A DNA stretch of 51,147 bases from Octopus bimaculoides (GCF_001194135.2 NC_068995.1:34203453-34254599), one strand, 5' to 3'. Positions 35,150 through 48,574 are shown, counted from the first letter of the stretch. Notes: generated from the letters alone by a model not told the origin. Translations and numbers: made by a program.

Positions 35150-35560
35150 TTTTTTGACAAACTTTTCAATCCTAATACAAGGAAGATGTATTAAACAGGG
35201 AAATCTTAGAGTGAAACAAATATTAATCAATAATGTGTTCCATAATAGTATAACTAAGCAAGTAATAGAAAAAGAACATCTATGCCCGTACAGATATAAC
35301 AAACGGCGCATAGTAAAATGTGACATAGTATATGGCATGAACTAAATGCATCCTACCTACAGAATGAATGAATACATCATTAATATCTAATAAAACACAC
35401 AACATGTACGACTTCTAACAACGGTCTCATTATTAGGATAGATTAAAACATCAGAATGAAAGAAAATTGCAGGCTACAGAACTTCCTTCAAACCGACGTA
35501 CCATACACGTTTAAATGTAAACATGAATGTTGTAAAGTTCATGGTTAAGTTGCTTATATA
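35150..35560 (+). mobile_element. Old Penelope remnant (RT thumb to start of endonuclease)
   Basis: LRVKQILINNVFHNSITKQVI and DVPYTFKC resemble PLE motifs (RIKQ.LINNG.P and NV.Y.FKC). Confidence 0.42.
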
Positions 35561-35588
35561 TATACCTCATCGGATGATTATGTATTTA

Positions 35589-35950
35589 TGAGAGTCAGCT
35601 GAAAAGTTCATAAGCTGACTCAGATACTCTCATGGAATGTGAGCAAATGAGGTTTATTTTTCAACATAGACTCACTTGCGATACACACTTCTTTCATCGG
35701 TGTTGTAGTACTTGGGTCCCATTCGTACAGAAGCTTTCATCCAGTTGGTAAAAAAATCATAAACAGAAGATATCGTCACCTTCACAGTGAGACTGGTTAC
35801 CAGTCAAGTGTTTTTTCATGTTGGGGAACAGATAATAGTCGGATAGGGCGAAATGAGGAGAATAAGAAGAGTTGAAATTAATGTATGCAAGACTTCACAG
35901 CTCTGACATCACCCTTTCATAGTCAGCCTATGAATCTTTCAGCCCACTAT
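35589..35950 (-). mobile_element. Internally deleted mariner / MITE
   Basis: TIRs agtcagctgaaaagttcataagctgact / agtcagcctatgaatctttcagcccact; minus strand retains a decayed transposase C-terminus. Confidence 0.75.
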
Positions 35951-36227
35951 TGTGCAACAAAGGATCATTCCAATATCTTACAAACTGTAGACGATATGAA
36001 ATTAGATAGTAACCATCAGATAGTAACCATTAGATAGTAACTGCATTACCATTTGATATTCAATTCAACAAAACACAAAACAAAAAAATCAGGGAATAAT
36101 CTTTGGAAGCTTTATTAGCGGTAATACACAAAGTAAAGAAATCAACAGAGACGCAACCCACTGAAACAAATCATGAAGGGAAATTGACGTTAACTCATCA
36201 TCTATGTTGTTAACATTCCATTCAAAT

Positions 36228-36693
36228 ATTGGTCTTAAATTTTGGTACAAGGCCAGCAATTTTTCGGGAGAGGGTAAGTCATTTATATTGACCGTGGTAC
36301 TAACTGGTGCTTTATTTTATCAACCTCGAAGGGATGAGAGGCAAAGTTGACCTCGGCGAAATTTGAACTTAGAACGTAAACTGACGGAAGAAATATCACT
36401 AAGCATTTTGTCCAATGTGCCAACGATCCTGCCTGCTCACCACTTTCACTTTCCATTCTATTATTGGGGCCAAAAAAGATATTGATTGAAAATTTTGGCA
36501 CAAGGTCAGGAAGTTCGGGGGAGAAAGTAAGCAATTTACATCGATACCAGCGCTCAACTGGTACTCTTTTTATCGAACTCTAAATGGTGACAGGCAAAGT
36601 CAACCTCGGGGGAATTTGATCTCAGAACAAAGGGACGGACGAAATACCTCTAAGCATTTTGCCGGGTGCTAACGATTCTGCCCATTCACCGCA
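36228..36693 (-). mobile_element. Two tandem SINE family B copies, each with its own diverged TSD
   Basis: ttccattcaaatattgg / ttccattctattattgg and ttattggggccaaaaaagatattg / ttattgggacgaaagaagatatcg. Confidence 0.82.
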
Positions 36694-37296
36694 CTCAGTT
36701 ATTGGGACGAAAGAAGATATCGAAACCTGAATGGTTTTAGAAATGCCGTTGTTCCAAACTTGACATAAAGGATTCATAAGGAATATGGAAAATCTTTAGT
36801 AAAAGAGATTAAATTTAAACAGTCATGTTTTTAATACAAAACACATACACACGCGCACGCGTGCTCACATAGAGCACACATATATGATATATGAGTATAC
36901 ATGTATACATAGTTATACAGAAACTTGCACGCGCGCATACATACACTCATGTAAATATATCATTAATATCATTTTATTGTGCAATGAAATAACAGTACTG
37001 AAGGCGAAAATCCTTTTATATTCCTTTATGAAATTTGTTTTTCCGTTTCACTCTCAACGTATTACTTTGTTCATGTATATTCTAAATAACCTAATTGTCC
37101 TCCATAAACATGAATATATTTATTGAGTGAAATATACGTCAATGTATTGCAGGTGAAAATTTTGAAAGTAATTGCTCCATGAGCTAACAAAAATGGATGC
37201 ATGTGTGTATAAAAGCATCTCTCACTCTCTTTGACTCTCGCCATACATACATAAACATTTTGCATGCACACATACATATATATATACATACACACA

Positions 37297-37391
<95 letters not shown>

Positions 37392-37458
37392 TTATCTGTC
37401 TATCTATCTATAGCCGTATTCATAGATGCCTACAATTTGGACACGCACATGCATGCAG

Positions 37459-37499
<41 letters not shown>

Positions 37500-38089
37500 T
37501 GAGAGAAATATGTGGGGAGTGAAAAGTGAAGAATGAAAATGAAGATGAATGAGAAAAATGACTACAAGGGTAAAAGAGGAAATGAGAAAAATATATGAAA
37601 TATAAAGTTGGGGACTAAATGTGATGTGAATGATGCAATGATGGTTGAATAAAACAGGTGGTGATAGGGGAGATAAGGTATGAAGTGGGAGCAGTGTTTA
37701 TGTGGGTTACATAGTTTGTTTTATGATGCAAGCTTTTATTAAATGTTACATGTTGCTAGTTACGAAAGGATGCATATTGCACGACAAGGGATGAGAGATA
37801 TTCATGATGCGTAGTTAGAATTAAAGGGCAAGAAAGTAATGAAACGAGATGAGGGAGAGACAAATGTAATAGAAAGTTTCATGAAAATGCTTGATTCTAG
37901 ATGTCAATTGACAGACAGACAGATAGACAGACAGACAGATAGACAGACACACAGAAAGAAAGATAGATAGATAGATAGACAGATAAAATACTCAAGTAAA
38001 ATTTACGAGTAAGCAAATAATTTCAACTTAAACAAATAAAACTGAATGAAAAAATGTAGAACCCTGAAAAGAAATGAAAACAATAAACG

Positions 38090-38520
38090 AAAGAGTGTAA
38101 TAGTAATTTTAAAAAGCCAAAATGAGAGAATTAAATGAAAATGTAGTTGTGAAAGTACAAATAACTGTTGTCTTTCCAAAGATACTTCTTGAAAGGATGA
38201 ACTTAGAGTAAAACGTTGGTGTATCACCTACTGACGTTATTGAAAAAACATACAAGGCCCGATACATGCAACGTAACTAATCGTTCAAGAACAAGAACAA
38301 ACGTGATCCTTCTTTATTGAACAAAAAATACCTATCAGCTGAAGGATCAAAGAATACAAATTTGCACTAAATTGGAATATAGACGAAAACATATATTGAG
38401 CACCTCAGGAATTTACAATATGTATGCAATTGAAAAGGTCGAGATACATTTTAAACAGGCAAAAAAAAAAAAATCTTCCCTTCATTTTTACACAGAACAC
38501 AAATTTGCCAAACATTTGTG
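38090..38520 (+). mobile_element. Old Penelope GIY-YIG endonuclease remnant
   Basis: KCSCESTNNC...EKTYKARY..*SFKNKNKRDPSLLNKKY...HKF resembles PLE CNC..CPL...TFK.RY.NH.SSF...KR.ST.LSKY. Confidence 0.45.
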
Positions 38521-39391
38521 TAAGTCCCCCCCGCCCCCAAAAAAGTAAAGAGTTATGAGGAGTTACATGGGGTGCTAAAACCAGAATTCCGCCAATTAAA
38601 TCAGCTTCCCGTATAACCGCTAACATTATGCAAATTGTCATTTTCAGCGTTTTGATTACTATCATTTGATGGCTTCTAAAATCCATTAAGTATGTATATA
38701 TCTTTATCGTAGAAAAATAAGTGTATACGGCCTCTGAACAAGTTGCAATTCCTGGTAGGAATCAGGTTAGGTCATTCACTCATTTTCTTTCATCATGAAA
38801 AATGTGTAAAATAGACACGTGTTTACAATTATCAATGGATTCGTTTACACATTTATGCAGATTCGATAAAATCTTGTATCTGTTCAGTACGTACATACAC
38901 ACATACACACATACATACACACATACATATAGATGATATTATATATATGTATTATATATATNNNNNNNNNNNNNNNNNNNNNNNNNNNNNNNNNNNNNNN
39001 NNNNNNNNNNNNNNNNNNNNNNNNNNNNNNNNNNNNNNNNNNNNNNNNNNNNNNNNNNNNNNNNNNNNNNNNNNNNNNNNNNNNNNNNNNNNNNNNNNNN
39101 NNNNNNNNNNNNNNNNNNNNNNNNNNNNNNNNNNNNNNNNNNNNNNNNNNNNNNNNNNNNNNNNTATATATATATATATATATATTATATCAGGCATCTA
39201 GGTATATAAGAACGGTTTGGTATATTTAAAAACAGTCAGTTTTTCACACAAACATATTTAAGATTTTTTTTTGTTTTTCTTAGAAGCTTAAGCATTATAA
39301 GAAGCTTAAAAGTTTAAGAAGCTTAAAGATTTTTAGTGAAGTGGCGTTCGCTCCTTTGCGTAAACATTGCTGTTGTAAGTAAACTGCTATT

Positions 39392-39610
39392 TTATACCCG
39401 CATGTTACATGAATGTTGAAATATATAACTGATAAACACCGCAAATTCAATATATTTCTCTGGAATAAATTTTAATGGGTGATATGTTATTCTGGAATAT
39501 ATTGTACGAAGGCCTTTTATTCCATCTGCAATAAAATATCGTTCAAACCATTCTCTAAACAACTGGTCGTTAAACAAACTTTTTTATACAGAAGATAAAC
39601 TTTCCCTGAT
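39392..39610 (-). pseudogene. Possible pogo/Jerky DDE remnant
   Basis: KKSLFNDQLFREWFERYF resembles ..AWM...LF.EWF...F; the rest is unrecognisable. Confidence 0.25.
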
Positions 39611-39649
39611 AAAGAATTCTTATACAATATTATTTACTGTACTTTTAAT

Positions 39650-39950
39650 TAAAGACACGTTGCCTAGTGGACAGGGTGTTGCAGTTGCGTTTGTAGTTTC
39701 GATTTCCAGATCGAATGGCGCGTTGTGTTCTTGAGCAAACATTTCGTCTCATGTTTCCCTCAGATTACATCGACATGCGAGGTGTGGCACATCGTGTACC
39801 TGTATAGCAAATGTCGATTTGATGGAGGGAATGCACTAATGTACAACAAAAACATTTGATCACTACAAATAAAATCATTTGTACAAAGTTGTTCAGCAAG
39901 AACTTATGAAACCCTGATCTGTCGTTCGCGACAGGAGAGTTCACGACTTT
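39650..39950 (+). mobile_element. tRNA-derived SINE, decayed
   Basis: tgcctagtgg.caggg...gtttcgatt..gcgttgtgttcttgagcaa. Confidence 0.55.
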
Positions 39951-40285
39951 TAAAACTTATAACTTCTTTTTGTTACTCCCGGTTTCTATAATCGATATCG
40001 ATTCGAGCATTGAAAATCTTTCGAAGGATTGCATTGTCAGTGATTCGCTGCGTCCATTTCACTCTACCGAAACAAAGTGGAACCAGTACCACAAATTCAA
40101 CAAAACATTTTTCGGCGATGTGCATCCCTCACTGGCAGCTAAGTGAACAGCTGAGTGATTGAGAACAGTTTTCAGCATGCAAATAAAAAATGCACCGATC
40201 ACCGATTTTATGACCGACAACTATAACTGCTAGACTACAATGACGTTCATCTGTTTACATTTTTATAAATTAGTAGAGTAACTAA

Positions 40286-40496
40286 GGCATCAAGCTGGCC
40301 GAATCGTTACCGCGCCAGGCAAAATGCGTGGCAGCGTTTCGCTCGTATTTATGTTTTAAGTTCAAATTCCCCTGAGGTTTACTTTGCCTTTCATCCTTTC
40401 AGTGTCGATAAAATAAGTACCGGTTGAACAGAGGGGTCGAAGTAATCGACTTAATCTTCACCGAAATTGCTGGCCTTTTGCCAAAATTTGAAACCA
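40286..40496 (+). mobile_element. SINE family B with a 21-bp TSD
   Basis: ataaattagtagagtaactaa (40265-40285) / ataaattactagagtaactaa (40497-40517). Confidence 0.88.
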
Positions 40497-41319
40497 ATAA
40501 ATTACTAGAGTAACTAACCAATTATCTTGCGAACTTGAATTGCAACGTTTGATAATAGCATTCTGATTAAAAAAAAAATTATCCACTTTTTCTGAACGGG
40601 ATAAATAATGTAATATGCACATTATTTGTGTCGAATTCGTGTTTGATCTCGGATTAAATAAAACAGAACTCTAATCAAGAACTAAGGGCGATGTAATCGT
40701 CTATACCACTGTCACCAAATTTCTGGGTTTGTATCTATGTTATAGGCCAGTTTAACGAAATATCGTCAATAAATTATCATTTTTACTGAAGAGACAACTC
40801 AACTGGAAGAAATGATTAATGATAATTACAGCGGGAAATTAGGCCCTTTCACACCATAGTAAATACACTTAAAATAGATCGAAGCAGATAGACTGACAGT
40901 GCTTCTCAGGTAGGCCAATGATAGATAGTTCACAATAGAATAATCTTACATTTGCTAACTCAGTTTCACTCACAATCTCTCAAGGCTTCGCAACCAATCA
41001 AACCATTTAAATCAGTCACATGTGAAAGTAATAAAATATGTAAAACAAGAATAAGCAGTCTGTTGAATGTAGTCGAAATTTAGCGTAGAATTGTGTATCT
41101 AAATACAGACAGGAATATATGCTACATGTAACATATTTCGGTGAGGTATATCTTTAGAAAGACTAATAGTTTCTGAAGACAAATATATAATCGGGGGTGG
41201 GGGGTGGGATGAATATATTTGATGTTTATCATTCTGTAAGAAATATACTTGAAGAGAAGGAATTATATCTATTCACTGACTTATTACACTGAATGGTTAT
41301 CTATGTTTTATGTGGAATA

Positions 41320-41466
41320 AAGGCAGCGAGCTAGCAAAACATTAGCACGCCGGGTAAAAATGCTTAGCGGCATTTCGTCCGTCTTAACGTTCCGAGTCCA
41401 AATTTCGCCGAGGTCGACTTTGCCTTTCATCATTTCGGAATCGATAAAATAAGTACCAGTTGAGCA
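41320..41466 (+). mobile_element. SINE family B, 3'-truncated
   Basis: aaggcagcgagctagcaaaacattagcacgccggg...gataaaataagtaccagttgagca. Confidence 0.85.
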
Positions 41467-42023
41467 ATGGCCACTTAGCCACTTAGCCACTTAGCTAATT
41501 AGCCGACTTACACGTATAAAGCAGATCTAAACAAATTAGTGTTATTTAACCCTATGCCAACCTTGATCTTACTTAAAATCAAACACTTTCAATTGGGATT
41601 TGAAGCCATCTCACAAAGACTACATATCAAGAGTTTATNNNNNNNNNNNNNNNNNNNNNNNNNNNNNNNNNNNNNNNNNNNNNNNNNNNNNNNNNNNNNN
41701 NNNNNNNNNNNNNNNNNNNNNNNNNNNNNNNNNNNNNNNNNNNNNNNNNNNNNNNNNNNNNNNNNNNNNNNNNNNNNNNNNNNNNNNNNNNNNNNNNNNN
41801 NNNNNNNNNNNNNNNNNNNNNNNNNNNNNNNNNNNNNNNNNNNNNNNNNNNNNNNNNNNNNNNNNNNNNNNNNNNNNNNNNNNNNNNNNNNNNNNNNNNN
41901 NNNNNNNNNNNNNNNNNNNNNNNNNNNNNNNNNNNNNNNNNNNNNNNNNNNNNNNNNNNNNNNNNNNNNNNNNNNNNNNNNNNNNNNNNNNNNNNNNNNN
42001 NNNNNNNNNNNNNNNNNNNNNNN

Positions 42024-42067
<44 letters not shown>

Positions 42068-42073
42068 TCACAA

Positions 42074-42215
42074 ATACAGCGAGCTTCTTTCAGTTTCCGT
42101 CTACCAAATCCCCTCATAAAGCTTTGGTCGCCCCGAGGCTACAGTAGAAGACACTTGCTGAAGGTGCCACGCAGTGGCACTGAACTTGGAACCATGTGGT
42201 TGAGAGGCAAACTTA
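42074..42215 (-). mobile_element. SINE family A, head
   Basis: gcttctttcagtttccgtctaccaaatc...gtgccacgcagtgg. Confidence 0.82.
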
Positions 42216-42726
42216 CAAATTCAAATACATCGACCATAGGTTGGTTTGCATCCATTGATGTATGATTTACGAAACTCTAAGACGACCCTGGCAGAATTCG
42301 AATCATTTACCGAGATAGTAGACCACTGTAAGTTTATGCTCTCACCTTTTTGTGAGCTTGTTGCTTACTATTTCCTGCTTCTTCTGGACTGAAGTGTAAA
42401 AGACTACATATGTTTGAGTATGGTCAAAAAGATACGTTTATAACTTTGTGGTATAAGATATTTATTAAATATGTACATAATAAAATTCTTATTATGTACA
42501 ATGCAAAATATATAAATATCAATATAGAAAATCAAAGCAAATATGGAATATTGATCTCCCTTAATCCTTTAGTTTACGTATAACTTTGGATAATCACACT
42601 ATTTAAAATGTAGCATTAGAGGAGTAAATAGGATTAACGAATAGGGGTGGACAGAAAGAAATGATATTGAGATAAACATTGCAGAAAATTAAAGAGACAA
42701 ATGGAAAAACTAAATAGTTATAGATT

Positions 42727-42794
<68 letters not shown>

Positions 42795-43646
42795 AAAGTA
42801 AGTTCATTGGGAAAGACAGAAGGATTAGTATGAATATAAGTAAACACAATACTCCAGCTCTCAGTATTTTATCATTTATAATGATTTACCAATCTAAGGG
42901 AATGGTTTCTTTGAATATCAAAGCTGGCTTTCGAATAGATTTGTGAAGATGAAGTTTTAAATTTATCAAATTAATTTTGTATCTGCTTGTCCCTGGATAA
43001 TTGAGCAAATTCAATATTTTCAAACAAAGGAAATAAATCAAAACAAAAGGAACAATTCAATTGATTTAACATAGCTTACTTGTTACATGGAATTTTAAAC
43101 AATATTCATCTTATTTCCCAGTGCAATGTAATTTTCATCTTACATATATCTATCTCTGAAATCTTAAGTCGACGGTTTTTTTTTCTGGTGGAAAAGTTTA
43201 AATTTCATTGAAATAGAAAGAGAAATACATCTTATAGGTTGGTTGATGTTATTTAAAGAGCTAAAAACTTCAAGTTCTAAATAATTTGGGTAAAATGCAA
43301 TTTCTTATTTTAGATAAAAATTCATTTTCTGTCAATTATTCCGAATACTTGGATTACAATGTGGTTTTCATTCCCGCTTAAGACAATTTAGCTCCTCTTC
43401 TACATCGATCTCCACCTTCTCTGGTTAAGTCATTAATCAAAGGAATACTTTATTGGAAAAGCCATACATGTCTTATTTCTCATTTCCATTTACGTAAAAT
43501 ATCGGGTATTTGTACCTTGGAAAGAAACCAATATCAAATTTTGAATGGAATTTAGATTCCTGTGAAATAAATGTATTAAACAATTTCTATTCTTAGAGCT
43601 ATTTATATTTCTATACTTACACGAAAAAATTGCAACATTTACTTGT

Positions 43647-43841
43647 TTCAAGAGAAATATAGGAAGAAAGGGAGAAAATGGACGAAGGAAGAGCAGAAAG
43701 AATTTGATACGATAATTATCTCGGTCTTAGCTTGGTAATCCGATTGATGAACCAGATTGTCAAGCTGAGACGGGGCTAATTATATTATTTCTGCTCATCC
43801 TTCACCCATTTTACTCCCCTTCTTCCTACATTTCTCTTGAA
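43647..43841. repeat. Long imperfect palindrome (arms ~94 and 87 bp, 14-nt loop)
   Basis: ttcaagagaaat.taggaagaa.gggag...gagcagaaa...tct.agcttg..aatc mirrored across 43741-43754. Confidence 0.88.
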
Positions 43842-44122
43842 TGAATATGATTAATAGTAACTAGCTACTTCAGAATGACATTTTTTGAAAAAAAGTTGCT
43901 CTTTGCAGTGATTCTCATGACTTAATTCTGCCATGCCCTGTGAAGGAAAACTTCCACAGTGAATGAGAATAAACCAATAACTGCCGACATGGGAACAACT
44001 TGAAGCAAGATTGGTTATAACAGGAATTGAAAAAAACAATTTACGTATGAATATGTGTGTATTTGTCTGGAAGGACATGTATACGTGCGTGTGTTTTTAT
44101 CTTGTGTGCATGTGTGTACATA

Positions 44123-44321
44123 CTCTTTTACTTGTTTCAGTCATTTGACTGCGGCCATGCTGGAGCACCGCCTTTAGTCGAGAAATTCGGCCCCAGGACT
44201 TATTCTTTGTAAGCCTAGTACTAATTCTATCGGTCTCTTTTTGCCGAACCGCTAAGTTACGGGAACGTAAACACACCAGCATCGGTTGTCAAGCGATGGT
44301 GGGGGGACAAACACAGGCACA

Positions 44322-44386
<65 letters not shown>

Positions 44387-44557
44387 TCACGCACACATAT
44401 TTACAATAAAATAGGGAAATAGTAATCTTTTGATATTATTTATTCTCCATTACACATGTTTCATTTGCTAATAGGAGTCATAAAGATTTACATGTTAGAT
44501 AGACATGTAAAGAATTTCTAATAAGAAATTCTTCAGTTAAAAAATAATTATAATACA

Positions 44558-44596
<39 letters not shown>

Positions 44597-44926
44597 TACA
44601 CATTCCTCTACGTATATGTGTGTGTGTATGTCAGTGTGTGTGTATGTCAGTGTGTGTGTATGTCAGTGTGTGTGTGTATGTCAGTGTGTGTGTATGTCAG
44701 TGTGTGTGTATGTGTATATCTATATGTAGTCTTCGTGTTTGTGTTTGTTCTTCACTACTACTTGACAGCCGGTTCTGCTTTGCTTACGGCTCCGTCACTT
44801 TAGCGGTCAAGCAAAAAGAGACCGATAGAATAAGTACGCGGCTTTAAAAAAATTAGTACTGAAGTCGAATTGTTTCATTAAACCCCTGCATGGCCGCTGT
44901 CCAATGACTGAAACTTGTAAAAGATA
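44123..44926. mobile_element. Two SINE family A tails in opposite orientation (44123-44320 minus; 44735-44926 plus)
   Basis: Both match 24570-24790; separated by (CA)n and a GTGTGTGTATGTCA-type minisatellite (about 44618-44710). Confidence 0.8.
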
Positions 44927-46415
44927 CACAATGAATTTAAACCAAATCGAGCCCGCCTCAATTGGACAATCTGTTTAGGTGAAGGACGCGAATGTTTTCT
45001 CTATATAGATCTATTCTTACAGAATAGATCACTATTTAACTGACCAACAGACCCTATTTAACCGATCAATTGAATTACTTTTAACTGATTAATAATTCCC
45101 TCTTTAACTGGCCATTGGACCCTTAAATCTCCAAAGTACATTCTTTGTTATAGATTGAGATCTTATTTGATTTCAAAGGGTAAATGTTTTTATATTCGAG
45201 CGTTCTAAAATTCTGGATTTCCCCGAATAAAAGTGTTTAAATCTGTTTGCGGAAAAAACGAATAAATTTAAAATCAACTTTTTAACAATGAAAACTTGTG
45301 CATGACATACTGCTGATATAGCGTGCAGGTTAATTGATGGAGCGATATAAGTAGCTGTAAATATGTCTCTTGACGTTAATTATAGTTATTAACTATTGTC
45401 ACAAATAATAAGCACATTTCCGATCAACCATTGCATGAAATATATTATTAAAGTCAGTTATCTTTAATATATTGTTAATTTATTTTGAGCAAGAGGAAGA
45501 TATAAAAGAAGACAAAACAGAATTAATTCGTGATAGATTAAAACATGAATCTATTAAGTCTTTCATACATTTTAAAGATGTCAAAGATAAGCATATGGGA
45601 GAAGAGTTGTGACAGGTAAAAGAAAAAAACCAAAACAGTTATAATAAGGATTATAGTCTAGTTCTAGTAATAGTGGTGGTGGTGGCCATCGTAGTATTAG
45701 TGTAGTAGTAGTAGTAGTAGTGAGCGATGCAAATTGTGGAAAGGCTTGAATTGAATTGAATATGCAACTTAGTTTCGATATAATTTCATATCGATGCACA
45801 AAATAAATATTACTGTCTCGGGCACCAAGACGAGGCAACTGCCCAACACAATCATCATAAGATATGAAATTCATATATGGAAACAAAATGTTGCTTTTGT
45901 AAATCACAAGACCTACATTCTCTCTCATCTTCTATTGACTAAGTTTGCTACAGTGTGTTTAGCAAAGACAAATATCAAAACACTTTCTGAATTATCTTTA
46001 TCAACCTCATCATGAATTCACTCATGAAATAAGAAAACTTCTATGGAAACAAACAAACTGTCTGTCATGGTGTTCTTTTATTATTTTCAACATATTATGC
46101 TCCAAGTTCGTTCTTGTCCACAACAAGCTTTCCAAACATCTCACTGTAAAAGCATATATCCCAATATTTACAAACCCGTATTAGTGTGCTCAGATTCCAA
46201 CAAGGCAAGTTCTTTGACTCTGGAAACAGTCGTTTTTCAACATCCGTCTGTAATATTTCAAGCTTCCTGGAAACTATAGGAAATGACCATTATAGTCGCT
46301 GCCGTCTTGCTGGATATTTTTTATCTAGAGTGTTCAAAGTATCAAACATGAAGTTATTTTCAAAAGGACGAACAGTATTGCTAGAAACAAGAATCTAAAA
46401 CGACTTACGCTTCTT

Positions 46416-46918
46416 CTCTTTCGTCAACTTATTGAGTTAGTACTTTTGGTAGCTTTTTGAATCGTTTTCAACTCTTTTATCTAGCAATGCTGATACTATT
46501 TTGTATGTTTGTTTATAAATTTGCCTTTAGGCTTGAATTTCCAACGGGTCACCTATATTATTTATACTATACACTTTTACCGTTTTGAATTAATGCACGC
46601 TTCCAACAGTTTTTCTCATGAGTTTGACGAAGCGAGTTATGCTTAACCTGAGGTACAGTAACTTCCACTGACGAGAACTAAGATTAAATGAATCAGAGTC
46701 CGAAATCACGCGATATGGATATATCTGATACTTCTTTTGTGAGTTTGTCTCACTGCGGAAGGGAGTTTTGTTGTTTCCTCTTTTTCGTCAACTTATTCAG
46801 TCAGTGCTTTTTGTGGCTTTTTGAGTCATTTTCGACTCTTGTTTCTAGCAATGCAGGTACTATTCTGTAACCTTGTTTATAAATTTGCCTTTAGCTTTGA
46901 ATTGTTAACGGGCCACCT
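46416..46918 (+). repeat. ~140-bp diverged direct repeat (46416-46554 and 46778-46918), possibly in a decayed LINE RT
   Basis: ttcgtcaacttatt...ctagcaatgc.g.tactatt...ttgtttataaatttgcctttag..ttgaatt...aacggg.cacct twice; RT similarity (FRKCFD) is very weak. Confidence 0.7.
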
Positions 46919-47229
46919 TTATATATATATATATATATATATATTTATTTATATATAGGTAAGCAGAGTTAGCGGTTGGAATAACCATCTAAGGGATAAG
47001 AATATTCGTTCTTACTACCCTGTATCATTTAACTATGTTATCCCTGGGCGTGGGTATGCAAGAACATTATGCTCATAGGGTACAGGTAACAACAGAATAA
47101 GCAAAAGTTTATCAGGTATCAAATTTGAATAAGCAGATAATGGAGAAAACTTTTGATCAACAAACAGATTGACCAACATCAGTTAATTATTTTTTAATAC
47201 AAAACCTACGGCCGTTTCTGCTGCCAATG

Positions 47230-47943
47230 TCAGTCGGTGCTTACAAAGAAAATTCTGAAAACAATATTCGCCATCTGGTATCAGTTCTTGGTGTTGGCCT
47301 CCTTCTCTTTCCTCAAATAGGCGCCTTCTATATGATTGGAATAGTCAGTTCTGTTGTAAGACTTTGCATCTAGCATCATGTCGTTTCAATTTGGCCTTTA
47401 ATGCTGTTACATTTTGTGTCAATTCTTCATGTACTGTTTGTTTTCGCCTTTCTTCTAACCTATACTATTCATTTAATTTTCTGATTACTACCTTATCGTT
47501 GAGCTCTCCTCGCATTATCCTATTCAATTGCCCCAGTTCTTTCCGTACCTTTTCCAGCTTCATTCGTATTCTCTTCTTTCAGTTTAGTTCTTTCTTTTCA
47601 TTTGCCTTTATATCTTCAGTTTTTCGCCTGTAGCCTACTATGTTAGCTAAGACGTTAGCAGCAGCTGTGATTAGCTCTGTTTGTTTCACTAATGTTTTCT
47701 GTTTTAGTGAAGCTTCACTTTGCCTGTGGCATTCTTCACTTGTTTTCTATCCATATATCTTACATTTGGTGATACTTCATTGTTCCCATCACTCATTTTA
47801 CCTCGTAACATTTCTAAAATCTCCTTCCCTATATCATTCAAGTCTTGTGTAGTATTTACTATCACTTGTCTACTTAGGTTGTCTTCATTAGTCACTTTAT
47901 CAGTATTCTCTGGTACTCTGCGGTTTCCATCTGTTTCATGTTC
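47230..47943 (-). mobile_element. R4/Dong-like non-LTR retrotransposon, N-terminal ORF fragment, decayed
   Basis: PNVRYMDRKQVKNATGKV..TENISETN..KRRIRMKLEKVRKELGQLNRIMRGEL..VHEELTQNVTALKAKLKRH..QQN*LFQ resembles the pre-RT region of R4-clade ORFs. Confidence 0.65.
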
Positions 47944-48156
47944 NNNNNNNNNNNNNNNNNNNNNNNNNNNNNNNNNNNNNNNNNNNNNNNNNNNNNNNNN
48001 NNNNNNNNNNNNNNNNNNNNNNNNNNNNNNNNNNNNNNNNNNNNNNNNNNNNNNNNNNNNNNNNNNNNNNNNNNNNNNNNNNNNNNNNNNNNNNNNNNNN
48101 NNNNNNNNNNNNNNNNNNNNNNNNNNNNNNNNNNNNNNNNNNNNNNNNNNNNNNNN

Positions 48157-48205
48157 CATATCCCATATCCCATATCCCATATCCCATATCCCATATCCCA
48201 TATCC
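48157..48205 (+). repeat. (CATATCC)n heptamer repeat, open to the N gap
   Basis: About 7 visible units. Confidence 0.9.
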
Positions 48206-48329
48206 CCTTCATTCAATTCATGTTGCCTCTTTTATTTTGTTCACTTCTCAGCAAGTATTCTATTACTATTTTGTTTACTTCTTTTCCCCATTTTATTATT
48301 TTTCTTTTGCACTTTTGACTGCAATTATC

Positions 48330-48428
48330 ATCATTATTGTTGTTATTATTATTATTATTATTGTTTAGTAGTTTTATTTTTATAACGTGCTTTCACTTCA
48401 CTACCGAGCGCAGCTCTGTGCGCCTTGG

Positions 48429-48464
<36 letters not shown>

Positions 48465-48528
48465 TTGTAGTAGTAGTAGAAGAAAATACGAAGCATTATT
48501 ATTATTATTTTTATTTATAGTAGTAGCA

Positions 48529-48574
<46 letters not shown>

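Noticed and set aside
42240-42327. Plus-strand exon candidate VGLHPLMYDLRNSKTTLAEFESFTEIVDH with a gtaagt donor
   Set aside because: Weak acceptor beside a SINE remnant and no recognisable homology; not distinguishable from chance without RNA data
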